Assembly (NCBI GenBank): GCA_024704765.1
Contig: JAKMXF010000066.1
Location: 1,237,883-1,301,882 of the forward strand
Source: Oopsacas minuta
Lineage: Eukaryota; Animalia; Porifera
Length of the DNA: 64,000 nucleotides
Reading direction: 5' to 3'
Shown: positions 42,451-55,595 of the stretch, in pieces
Numbering within the stretch: position 1 is the first letter of the stretch
Layout: each line of letters starts with the position of its first letter
Notes under the pieces: model-generated
Told to the model about the DNA's origin: nothing
The model's input: the letters and a program-made list of their open reading frames with translations, nothing else
The model's database searches: none
Position numbers and translations under genes: made by a program

Positions 42451-45400
42451 ATGTCTATAATAACTTCATTCTTCCCTTCTATATTTGCTTGCATTCGTCC
42501 AAACCAGCAAACTTCAGCTCCTCTTCGTTCCCAATCTTTCGACTTTTTCAATTCTCTCGATTTTGATGAAGACACTGGAATAATAAGAAATCGCATTACC
42601 AATACAAATAATAACGAAAAGAAGCGGAAAAATAGACATACTTTTCTAAAAAGTAGTTCTAGGAAAGGAAAAGCTTCTCTCTCTTCCTGTATCGGAACAC
42701 GCAGCAAGAACAAGGATGAAAAATCAGAGCAACTTTGTAAGTTAATATATCCATTAATTATTGGTTAACGAAGTGGTGAATGCAAATTAGAGCTAATCTT
42801 TCATAATTTGCAATCAAGCTAGTTACATTGCTGTTACACTATAATTCAATTATTCAAATACTATAGCTGATAGAATTCCCTATTCTGTATATTATTCAAA
42901 TCAGCAAATTTAAGCTTTACCGCTAACAATAGAGTAAATTATGTATCTCAAGAATTTTTTCTGATCTACTTATATATTCGACTTTATGCTCCAATGGAAT
43001 ATCTGAATTCTATAAATGTAATCATGGCGTTATCTGATAGATCATTGTGAATAACTTAGTACAAAAGCATTACATTTATATTATATTTCTCATCATATTT
43101 TGGTGGAAATTCCCTAAACGCTGCTATCAACATTATGTTAAGTCCCTAATAATTACTTTATCAGATAGAATCCTTATTCAATGAGTTTATCTTTTCTTGC
43201 GCATGAACTCGCAATCTAATTATACATTACAGCATTTACAAGTACTGAATAGGAAATACCCAATTGGACAGATAATCGCCCCCAGCAGGGCCTAGGCCCT
43301 TTCTGCTAATTCAAACCCAGGTCAATTTACATACAACTCTCCCTCCCGTTCATTCGGTTACCTCAGGTTAACAAAATTCATAAGTTTAGGTGTATTTGTA
43401 GATGTAGGACAGGAGTACCTTTTGTATTAAACCTGATATATACCCACTGAAATAGTGTATAGTTACTCAAAAATTCATACATATCGTACAACAACTTGCC
43501 ATGTCTGCTGCTAACACACTTGAGCCTGCATATATCATCATTGATGACGGTTTAAATAAAATAATCTTACGGTTTCAGGTATAGCAGGATTATATGCTTA
43601 TACGCGTACAAGGCAGAAATATCAGAAATATTAATATTTTGTGAGAACTTGTATTTTCATAGAATTCAATGAGAGTTTAATCTGCATTGTTTTGCTTGCT
43701 CCTTAACGTCTAAAACACTTTTTACAGCAAATGCAATGGTATCATTGCACAAGTTCCTTTTGGGAGTCTAAATAGTTACATGATACGTATGTAGGTCATT
43801 TATTGTTGCTGAACCATTCAATACGTATCATTACGTATTTCATGGTCTAACATTCAACAATACTATTTCATGTAATACTTTAACCCAGCTCGTCACACCT
43901 GAACGAATCCAATTTAATTCAAATGGAATGTTAGCTTTTGTATAATTTCATCATATAGCAATACGTATTCTTAATTGTAATACACTTACAAGTCATGAAT
44001 ATGAAATATTTTTTGAACTTTCAAATAAACCTCAAATTTTCAGTTTTGTGGAATGCAATTCAATGGGAATCGCTTCTTTTATAACGAATAAGGATTAGGA
44101 ATTTCAACTATTCTTTTCCGTTGGTTTTCAACAAGATTCTACACTGTATTTAACATATATATTTGCTGTTTAGTCTAACTCGTGTTTCACATACTAATCT
44201 AGGATAATTAAGTATTTACGTTTGATTCTGCAATAAATATAAGTAAATTATAATAAACGCAGTTGTTTGGTATCCTGTTGTTTAAGTCTACGTTGCATAT
44301 TAGTTCAAATAGATTGAAAGTTTGAAGTTAAAAATTTTCTTGTGTGGTCGATTTTGGGACAATTTTATTCATTAACAAGTATTGCGTCTTGTTACAGCTA
44401 ATATTTAATGTTTTAACAGACAATTATGTGAGGTTTCCAGGCAAAACAAAAAGCATTCAAGAATTATATCAAGTTCGCATCTTTTTTTTGTGAAGAGATA
44501 TCATATAAATTACGTCTAGTCAAGTTATGCACTCAGTCGATAACACTTTTATCCTGCTATTTAAATCATATACAAATCCTGCTATTTTCCGTTGTAATGT
44601 CTAAAAGTCGACAGATTATTATCTTTTCTCAAATATTATCTTTGTAAGTTCATTCATGTTATACTTCTCACACATTGAATGAATGATGGGTATTAGAGCG
44701 TTTAATTAATTTGATAAACTTTTGTATATTCATTGGCCTAGTAAGATATGGATCGTAATGATATTTGTAGTAAGACCTTGAATAGCATTGATAATATATT
44801 GTTGCGTATTTTTCCCAAGTAACCCAGGGTATTTGGATATTGTAAATCATTTAACGTGTTCGGAAAATCAACATTTCAAAATATCGTTAGCATTGTACAC
44901 AGTGGAACCATACGAACGTCAAAGAACTGTCAATTTTTTTTCGCTTTATCCGGAGTGTTACCAATTGAATAAACATTATAGGGGCCTGATTTTGTGTAAA
45001 TAATTGCTTATCAGGAAATTCGTAATAACAAGGTTCCATTGTAGTTATATATATTTCATTCTACTAATAGCTTGTGGGCTAGAAGCTAGAGTTACCAATG
45101 ACTTCATGCAAATACGACCAGAACCTGAATCTCCTAAGTCAATGTCTGATATTTCTGACTCAAGCTCCAGACAACTCATTAGTTCTACTAGCACTGAAGG
45201 ATCTAATGAGAGTCCTAAAAGAGTAATACGGCCACGAACTGAAGTAAGTTATTTGTTTGTGTTTGTTTTTTACAATCTATTTTTAAAATATACAAATATA
45301 AATCTACTCAATAAATTATCAGGTGTGTGTTCATCTAGTAACAATATTCGATTTATATCAAGTTGCTTTTTAGGAATTTAGAATCCCTTTCGTATTGGAA

Positions 45401-48400
45401 ATTATATTGAAAATATGTCAAATACCCCTTTCATAAAGCATGTTTTGATCTTGCTCTTGAATCACTTCATCTCATGGATTTATTGTTTACGATGTAGGGA
45501 AAAATAAATCGCCACGATGTGCGATAATTTGTGATTCTTCATGCTCTGAGAATCAATAACATATCCCAGATGACCTGTGTGGAAGATATTATAATGCTCG
45601 AAAATGCACAGCATTGTTATTCAATTTTCACTAATTGTAAATACAGGTTTTAGAAACCTAAACACTAGAAAGATCTGTAACATAGAAATCCAATATATTG
45701 GTTGTTAATATTATATTCAAATTATATGAATTCCTATAAAGATAGCTTCATCATGCGTGAGATCTTCATTCTTTAAGACTTATGCTAACCTGCAAGCTGT
45801 TTTGTACGGTTTAGTTTGGATTAATTTGGCTTTGAAGACATTAAATAGCTTCCTATGGCTGATGTTACCTTTTCTGTATTCATTTTCCATGAGTGGTGTA
45901 TTAACATATTTCTGAACATAATCCACCAAACATTCTCTGATTCCGTTTTGGATAACAAATGCTTTAATTTAAGTTATTGGTGATTATTCTATAGAAACCC
46001 TCGTGGTTTTCTCGGAAGATCACACAATTTTGCACACTAAATAATTCTTTGGGAAATATTGTACTTACCCAGTCATTCAATAATCATCCGACACTGAATT
46101 TTCCCCAAACTACAGACTACAGTGGAGTTCGCATATTAGCAAGCCTTATTTTGCATGATTTCCCATTGCTAATAGAAGCGAACACTACTATATTACCATA
46201 TGTATGGGATATTATTAACATTTCCTAACAATACAAAAAGTGCTATTATAAATGGATCTAACATTTGAAAATCTACCCTCGTAACCATATGGCTAGTATG
46301 GAATACAAACTAAATACCACATTCTTTGTTAAGAATAGGAATCATTCAACTTCCCCGAGCATTATATTATCCTTACAAAAGATATTTGTATTGAAAACAT
46401 AACACTATATAATCGTCTCATTGTCTACCGTTTACAATAGTAAAATTCCAATTATCATATATCGAGATAAACTTGTTCAGATAAACTGTATTATCACACT
46501 GGAGTTTGAGTTCAGAATTTGATTCATATTGTAAAGAAGTATCGAGTATTTGTTCTGTAATCTTACAGCTTATCTAATACGTAGAACAAATTTACGGACA
46601 TGCTAATTACATGTTGAACCTATCAATCGCCTTTTGACAATGTGTTACTTCGTAATTCCAGGTGCATACGGTTGCTGATACGAGTTTGTAGTGTGCAGAT
46701 GTTCGCGAGATAATTTCCTTTGAAAGTTAATACATTTATATGACACGAAATCTGTTCTTTGTTTAAGTAACACTGGTTTGGAAGGCCTTGTGCTCTTGTA
46801 GCGTTCTTTTAATTATTTTTCGTTGGGCTTTATCAATTGTTTTGACTACAGTGTAACATTGACGAAGTATTAACGAGGTTACATCGTTAATACGAAAAGG
46901 GTTGATCTGAATTTAAAATATTTCTACAAAACTAAGTCCCTGGAAAGAATGGTATTACTCCGGTTAATACGAACTCTGGATAAAGCAAACGAATTTTGAC
47001 CATCCATTGGTGTTCATATTAACGAGTTTCCGCTGTAAAGTGTATACACTTTGTTCATAAGAACAACAAACAATTTATGTATGACGTGATTTTTCTTTTG
47101 TCCAATATTTAAGTAATCAATTCATTTTATTGGATTCTCGTGCTTATTCATGAATTTCCAATATACATTATGCCAGAACCTAACACGAATAGATTCAAAT
47201 TGTTATCGCCTTAACGATATAACAAACAAATATTCTCCCTTACTAATTCATTAAGTAATTGGAACCATTCTAAACCAAACTTTGATTCAATTTGGCGTGA
47301 ATTTGTACGGACATTGTCTACTTAACTCGTATATGGTACGACCATCTGTTCAAAGATACGTTTATCTAAACCAACAGTATTCTACCAACTTTCTAACCTC
47401 TTAGCAATTGTCTGGCACATATAAGTCGAACTCGAAACCAGTATGTCATCTAACTCATCATATCTAATTATTTGGTCTTATTTCACTACAAATTTTACTG
47501 TAAATTCTCTTACAAAGCTCACTTGAAGTGAATTATAAATTTATACGATCATTAAAGAAGTCGAACCTCGATCGTTGGCGGCCCTAAAAACCAATTTTCT
47601 TGATAAATGACCCATATAACAAGCTCGTAATTAATTTGTACTTAGCCGTATATTAAACCACAGTTCTCTCACGAACTTAGTATTTTGCATTTAATAATAT
47701 CATCAGATATTAACCAGAAAATGCCTACTCTACTTATTCTGGTTCAACTACTTCCCACTCTTCTCCTAGACATGCCAAAACTCCAAATACGTTGCTATCT
47801 CGTCGCTGTAATCTTGTAATGAAGTCTGATAATCCTTTGGTCAGAAATTAGCTTTGGATCATATTTTGAATTAATTATCAAGTAGCTCTTGAGGCCAATA
47901 TGACATCCCTTCGGTTACCACTGTACCTTTGTTAATGAAAGCACAAATTATTAAAATTTACATATTCAAACCGAAGTTACCATAATTTCTTAATCACTCT
48001 TTAATTAGTAAAATTATCAGATAATAATTCTACTTGATTCCAAAATCTTCATTTGCTCGAATTGGGACTAAGTGTTTTAATATTGGAACAATTACGAATA
48101 CAAATTCACAATTACTTATGTTATATGGCATACTGCGCGTCATCTCACTACTGGACTCTACATGGACGCCAAAACTACAGGTTACAGGGGTGGAGCACTT
48201 AGATATTGAGAATCTAGTCTCTACTGCTTACTATCATTAGCGGGGGTTGGACCTTTAAAGTTTGAGGTTGTATTTATTTGAAATTTACTTAGAGTTAATA
48301 GCAATTTCGCTTGATGTCCCCAATTGTATGGATGATGAGCTGATAAGTTCCTACGTCTGCTTGACATCCACATATACTTTTGAATAAATATAGTTAGCAT

Positions 48401-51400
48401 TGGTGGCTGTATGGTCCTGATTTTATATTGTCCAATTATCCAAACGTGAGTATACTCATCAAATTACACAATTTTGTAAACTTGCTAACATTGTGTTGAC
48501 ATAATACCCCTAAACCTAGCCATACTACAAGTCATCACCCTTTGATCTAGGTTCAATTTGATACACATCAGAAGTAATGATATAATGACTATTGCTGTGT
48601 AATATTTGCTTATTAATTGAGTTGTACTACTGTTTACATAATATTGGTTTTGTGAGTTAAATGACACATTATTCTTATATAGTTAAACTTTACTGATGAG
48701 GATATCGATGATATCAAGGCTCTCACATTACAACTTGTGCTCTCTTGTATTCAGTTGAAAGAGATTATTGAGAGAGCTGAAGTTGATGAATATGTTTCAA
48801 GAGTCAAGGTATGTTTATTCACATTAAACCTATTGGACATGACATGACGTAATTTAGTTTTTCAAATAGTGAATATCAACATAATTTTAGTAGAACTCAT
48901 TTCCTTATTTGCTGGTTTCGCTTCTGGCCAATTAACTGGATTAACCGTTGGCTCTTTTATCGGAGTATACTGTCTTTGATTTTTATGGGCCATACTTAGA
49001 GAGGAAGCGCATTCCATTCTTTTATCCACCAGCAGAATTGTCTTTACTTTGTAACCTTATTGGTGTTCTACGTACTATTGATGATAACTTTTGATAAGTA
49101 ATAATGATTAACTGTACAATAAGCGCCCACCATCCAAATTGTCTCGTAATATTCAAGATATTCATCCAAAAATCTCTAGGGAATGGAGATCAATCGCTTA
49201 AATGTATATGTAACACATTCTCCTTTTGCTATCCCTTTGAATATGACGCAATGCCAATACAATATATTAGTTTCTCTGTGCGTTGATTCTAAATGTCAAG
49301 TAATTGACTAATGATAATATGCCAGTAAACGTTGAATCAATTCACTTTCTCAAGCATTTATTGGGCTGCAGAAGTTGTAGACATCCATAAATGTAATAAT
49401 ACGCAAACACAGTTTATACTATTTTCATTATTTAGCATTTTTCAATATTATTTGTTTGTTGCATCATTTATTAATTGAAATTTGTTTATCCATGGCGAGG
49501 CAAAAATTTCCTGAAAATATGTGACTTTTTAGATAAGCTCGTTGTCCTATTGACTTATTGTATAGAAAGTCAGAAAGCGTGACATATAAGAACAACAGAC
49601 AAATTACAAGATGTTGTCCATACAAGAAACAATTCAAATAACCAATCAATTAAGTGTCTAACACTGATAACAGTTCAACTCAAACGTAGCCATAACTTTA
49701 ACCATTTTGGTATCCAAGCAACTAATCCCACTATATTATGATAGGAACTCTCAAACAATACATTCTCTATCTAAATACATTAGGTTTCCCATTCAAATTT
49801 GTTATACTTTAACCTATAATTGTTTACCTCATAAACCTGGACTATCAACGCTTACAAGGCCACTGTTAATGAGAAATTGTTTCAGCTCCACATTAGATCC
49901 ACCTGAACATGCATACGGGCGGGCGGTTCATTATCATAATCTCATTATTTTGTGAGGTATCAGCTGGAAAATTGGTTCATTGACTTCATTCATAAAAATA
50001 TTATAATTACTAAAGTCAAATTTCATTTGGCCAGAAACAGAACAATACAAATAGTGTTAAATTACTCAGGTTAATCGGGCCAACACCTTTATTTCGCTTA
50101 ACCGGGTCTAAATTGCCTGATCCCGATGTAGCCTATTAAGCAGAGTCTACAGCATTTCAATTCCTTGCTAAGTTCTCCAATAGTACCATAACAAGATATT
50201 GCAAATATATGATAACGTATTTCATGGTTTGCACTTTTCAAAGTTTGCATCACATTATTTATAAGATCATTTATACTTCCAAGTTAATGGCAATAGTTTT
50301 CTTCCTGAATAGCACATGCCTGGAATATTGAATCATTACTCTCAGTAATATGTTAAGGATAAACATATGATAATTTCTGATGTTTTAGTGCCCAAAAAAT
50401 AACCTCGCTATAGTATTAATGAGATCATCGGGTCATCATTTGATTGTTGCTTAAAAATTGTTGTCAACTATTGATAGTTCACGAATAATGTTGTCTTAAT
50501 GAACGACTGTACTGCGAATTACATTAAACTTTAGAAAACGAAACTTCAAACTTGGTGAATACGCATGGTAGCATTTGGTATTTTGGAAGATTCAAAACTT
50601 TGGTTATCACTATTACAATTTTATGATAGTTGAGAATTATTACGTTGAAAATGGAAATTTATTTGATTACTTTTAAATATCCTTACTCTCTAATTATTCA
50701 TCAAAATTAGAGTATGTGATAGTCCAATACAGACTCGCTAATTTATACATTTTCTATGCAATGTGCTTAGAGTCGATTCTGGGAATATTTAGCAACGAGC
50801 GATCAGTAAAATAATAATGACTTTCATGATTACTGCCTGAACATTTTGATTACCATCCCATCCAATTAGGATGTCTGTGAGTCATTGAAATCATTGCTGA
50901 TTCGAGTGACTGAAGAAGTGGAGCAGATGCCTGACGATGCAACAGAAGAGTCGAAAAAAGTAAGTTGCTATTTTCGATAAAATGCTAACAAAATTATCAC
51001 TAATGATTTTTGCAATATGGAATAGAAATGCTTAATTTCGTCAATTTTGAATTTGTTATTATAAATGAAAGCATATTTCTATTCTATCTAATCGTGATTC
51101 GAAAATTATTCTGAGATGAATTGAACTCTATTTTACAAAATTCTTCATTATTACAGAATTGCACAAATAGTTCCATCATAAATTACAAATTCAATTCCCA
51201 GCTGTTGAAATATGCTGTAAATTCTTCTATTCACTAAATCTGGTACTAATAAAAATGAGGTTTAATTACATTTATAAATCCATCAATGATTCTCTTTAAA
51301 TATTTGTATTGAAAATGTACAGTTAGCTCCCGTTATGACGTATATCGGAATGCCCTCTTATATTCTCTACAATTGTACAAATGAGGAGCCAAACCTTCAA

Positions 51401-52647
51401 AGTACATTTCAGCGGGTCTATCGAAGCTCATATTGAATAATTTTCGCGATCCCTTGAGCTACGATATAGCAGGAGTTAACCTGAAATTGTTTTAATGTAT
51501 TGGAAATTATTTTGAATGCAACGAAACTCTAACTATCACAATATCCAATATCCCATTTATATCTTTGATATTTGTTTACGAGAATATGCTAATTGTTTTT
51601 TAGTTTTAAACTGTTTCAAAGTTCAACAATAATCAACTAATTACAGTGAAAATTAATAAAAATAATTAAACGAGGCAGATTAGAGAAATAATTAACCTTC
51701 AAAACTCTGTTATTTTTATTCAGTTTACCCTCATTTCAGACTACAAATCATTCTCCATTCAAATCATCACAAAACAATAACACAGTATCTTGTGTTAATC
51801 CCACCAAGAACCACGCATTTATCCCAATTAATTATCATAACACGATCTGTTGAATTGAGTACATACATCATAATACTTTGTCTAGCTAAACCCCTCCCAT
51901 CAATCTGCATTGGTTCTATCATAGTTTATTTCTGCATAACTATTATCTCACCCACGCATTGCTGACACTCGAGTACTTTTTTTTATGACAAAACACATAA
52001 CCATCAGTTACCAATTTGACGTCATTCTAATATTGAAACAATCATTTCAAATAATTGGGTCCTCAAATATCAAGTGTAAGCCCTACTCCTCTTGTCTACT
52101 TCATGCGCCCAAATTAGCTTTACCTTATATCGGGAAAACCCCAATTTTCACGCTACTAATATCTCTTGCCCGCAAATAGTACGCTTATAGAGCGTCCCAT
52201 ATTCATACATCGCCAGAATACTAAATTCCTATTTTATATTTTCACGTAATCGCTACACTTTGTCATATTAATATACACAATAGTTAGTCCCAAACCAAGG
52301 CCTGTAACTAATTGAGAAATTTTCAAAATTTATCTCCAATATCTATTACTTAAATACATTTAGCTAATCACGATTCTCTTAACATCTAATCAAATTACCT
52401 TTTACCATATTTCCACATATTCATGATAATTATTCTACACAATTTATAATAGATGCAGATGGCTCAAACACTTCTACAAACACAAATGAAGACATTAGTA
52501 CAGACAATGAAACAAGCACAAGAAAACTCACATTTAACAATAGCCAGTCACTATACGAATCAGTTTCTACAGAGTTGTGTGCATTTAGCTGTCTATACGA
52601 AACATTTCTTACAAGCTTTTCTTGCTATCAGTACATTTGTGTGCTGA
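42451..52647 (+). CDS. Kinase-less FAT (focal adhesion targeting) domain protein; exons 42451-42736, 45071-45243, 48683-48808, 50870-50959, 52453-52647 (289 aa)
   Basis: All four introns are GT-AG with compatible phases (1,0,0,0). The last three exons give …IKALTLQLVLSCIQLKEIIERAEVDEYVSRVK DVCESLKSLL…MAQTLLQTQMKTLVQTMKQAQ…HYTNQFLQSCVHLAVYTKHFL, aligning to the FAK FAT (…EEYVPMVKEVGLALRTLL…MAQKLLNSDLGELINKMKLAQ…EYKKQMLTAAHALAVDAKNLL). Confidence 0.8.
46100..47880 (-). pseudogene. Decayed ORF antisense within the intron 45244-48682 of the FAT gene, unassigned
   Basis: Long protein-like stretches broken by stops and frameshifts (FLTKGLSDFITRLQRRDSNVFGVLACLGEEWEVVEPE; DELDDILVSSSTYMCQTIAKRLESW*NTVGLDKRIFEQMVVPY); interrupted by a MITE. 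Confidence 0.35.
46849..47035. mobile_element. Tigger/pogo-like MITE
   Basis: Clear right end ATTAACGAGTTTCCGCTG-TA; degenerate left end TA-CAGTGTAAC; internal TATTAACG repeats. Confidence 0.5.
51320..51483. mobile_element. MITE (family A) in the last intron of the FAT gene
   Basis: TA-CAGTTAGCTCCC…GGAGTTAACCTG; core TAATTTTCGCGATCCCTTGAGCTACGAT. Confidence 0.6.
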
Positions 52648-54032
52648 ATTTTATAATTGTAAATACTGATCAGGAAATTATACACAGAAACCCCACACAC
52701 ACTCATTTCACGTTAAAACAGAAAAATAATACATTTATTTCAAAATAATTTTATCATCAGAAGGAGGACTTTTATTTAGTAGCTCATTGTTAGGACTTAC
52801 ATCACTATTGATTTGTTTAATTAAAGTTACACTTGAACATTTACTTATAGCATTGATCTACATACTTTAATTCACGCTGGAGTGGATGGAAGGAAATAGC
52901 ATAATCTTTGACTCTATATTATGTATGTCAGCTTATGGACCTCGCTAGATCGGCTGTCACAACGCTAGTTGTAATTGGTGGTAGTGATGTGGCCATTAGT
53001 TTAGCGATTATTTGTGGGGCACACTGGTACACAGATGTGTATTTGCATGTAATTTTACTAATATTAGTCGGACTTACTCAAAATATATGAGGCCAAGCCA
53101 TCAGGTACTATACCGATGGATGATGGATGTCGCCATCACTACATAGTTCCGGCCCACTATAGGCTTCATTAGGAGGACGCTTTAGTCCTAAACCCTTGTC
53201 GCCATCTGTGATAGTTGTGCAGTGTGTACCATTTCGCTTTCTACCTTACAGAGGCCTGTCATTTCCATTGTCTCTCATACCATTTACTCAGTATTTGAAC
53301 ATTTCCTTGTTGTATGAAGGTGTGATAATTATCACATATCTAAGTTGATCAGTATTAATTCTGAATAAGGTTGAGTTGATTGTGTATTCTTTTTGTGCAA
53401 TCTGAAGTTGTAATTGCATAAAAAGAATACACAGTCTACTCTTCTTTTCAGAGCAGCAGTTAAACTCAACACAATTTCAGAAATCAATCAGTTCTCGCAA
53501 TTTACATATCTACTTAGAACAAACTAATTTAAAATACCAGAATAAATTCTAATGAATTTAATACTGATTCTCCTTCAGTAAAACAAACACAAACTGCTTG
53601 CTTGCTAGTAGCTGTTACACTTGTAACATCTGTGAACTGTGATATTGTACTGCGTTAACTAGGACACAATGCTTCCAACTTGTAGCAAGATTCTTGGCGC
53701 TAAATTAATAATCACCCACTACAATTGAAACTTACAGGAATTTCAATAATTTGTCTCCTAACGTATATACTGGATGTATACCTTCATAATGAATTATAGA
53801 TTTATCTGTTGTTATTCTACAGATTAGATTAGTATATATCAACTGAGATAATATATTTATGTGTTGTTCTGATTCCTATTGTTGCTAATATATTGCGTAC
53901 TCCTTACAAGATGTCTGGGCGATTAGCACTTGTCTTCTTGTCTTTGTGTTCATGCAAGGGCCTAGGAAGACTAAGAAAATTGTTATCTATTGTTAACATG
54001 ATAATGAAAGCGGGGGGAGTCTGTGGCTGTTC

Positions 54033-54238
54033 CAGGGGCGAATCTGGGGGTTGTGAGATTGTAACTAGTGTTTGCAATCCAATTTCTTTCGGGATCGGAT
54101 CAATCCCGAATTCTGGGATTGCAACACTAATTGTAAATTCCTATAACCAAAGCAGTTATAGGATATTTGGGAACCTAGAGTAAAGTACGTCAGCTATCCG
54201 CTCTACAACTCCCTTTCAGAATTCTAGATCCGCCCTTG
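54033..54238. mobile_element. MITE with CAGGGGCG-type ends that hosts a nested element
   Basis: CAGGGGCGAATCTGG…CTAGATCCGCCCTTG (12/15 inverted match); TSD unclear. Confidence 0.5.
54066..54129. mobile_element. 64-bp hAT-like MITE nested in the previous element
   Basis: TAGTGTTTGCAATCC…GGATTGCAACACTA; TSD ATTGTAAC/ATTGTAAA. Confidence 0.7.
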
Positions 54239-54247
54239 GGTTTCCTT

Positions 54248-54309
54248 CAGATGCGTAGCCAGGGTGCGACACATGTCGCATACTTTGAGCGGCCCTAGCT
54301 ACGCCTCTG
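54248..54309. mobile_element. 62-bp hAT-like MITE
   Basis: 17-bp TIR CAGATGCGTAGCCAGGG…CCCTAGCTACGCCTCTG; perfect 8-bp TSD GTTTCCTT. Confidence 0.8.
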
Positions 54310-55595
54310 GTTTCCTTACCCCTCCAACGGCCTTATGTGAGTGCTCTCAACTCTCACGATACTCTTACAAAATGTTATCGTGGGGTATAGTTCCTCATTT
54401 GATAATTGTAGACTATGAATATGGATAATAGAGAATATTAGTCTTTCTTAGTTGAAGTTTATTTAGTATACAAATTCAATATTTCTGCAAAATATGTTCT
54501 CAACGCTTTCTGGAAAATCGTTTCCTGTCAACTTATCTTTGTTCTGGCACTTATTGCATATTTATGAATCATAAATTATTTTTATCGATATATCTTGCAA
54601 TACATTCCATTTAGAACAGTTTTACCTATACGTATACATTGTATCACCTAATTCTATGTAATGCTCGCATAATTTCAATTTCGTCAATACCAAAATCAGC
54701 ATATTAGCAAGGAAAAAAGAAGAATTCCACTCTAAGTAAATATTAAAATTATGTAAAATACTGCCTCAATAAATATGTTTTTTTTAACGTAGTAACAAGA
54801 TCAATCTTTGTCATAGAATTACCCCTGATAAGCAGCTGAACCATCTATATTTAGGTTTAATCAATTAAATGCCGATATATTAATCAGTGATTGTTTGAGT
54901 AAAATATTAATCAATTTCCTCACATTTAGGTTTCCTATACAATTAATTAAGTGTGAATTAATTAAGTCAGTCAATTTCAATGCTTTTCATTGTTAACGTT
55001 TTGATATGCCATCGTATTTCTATGAATAAATTTATGTATTATTACTTATCTAAGTTTGAAGCATGTAGAGCTAATTATATGGACAATTGTGATAAGAAAT
55101 AACATTTAAAAATAGTGAAATAACTGAGGATTAACATACTCATTTATTGTAGGAAAGATACCAAATGAAGCGATCAGAGTATTTTTAGGAACTTTTCTAA
55201 TGTAATATAATCGAATTATTAATTTCTAGTAGCCTTGTTGATAAACAGGTAGTGCGAGTCAGGGGCCAACTCCAACCGATTACTTTGTCCCATTTGACTT
55301 GAATATATGATTATTCACCAAATTTCTGACCAATTGAAATATGCTTGTTAGGGCCTTGCTTATAATAATTATACTTAAACATAAAGCACTCGAAATCTGC
55401 ACAAGAGGCATCTTTCATGTCAATCACTCCCAAGATTATACGAGCGTACGGACATGCACTTTTTGTTTTAAAAAGAGGGACGAGTGAGTTGACTGCCTCC
55501 CTCGGAATGTACTCTATTTAGATATTTTTTCATAACCGATATATCAGTGTCAAACCTTGATTATTCTATACACAATAACGTTCATAGATTGTATA

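Noticed and set aside
48890-49400. Possible further decayed minus-strand frame in a FAT-gene intron
   Set aside because: Too many stops and no recognisable motif to separate it from random AT-rich sequence
53090-53260. GC-richer segment with a repeated GTCGCCATC
   Set aside because: No TIR, TSD, ORF or RNA fold could be supported
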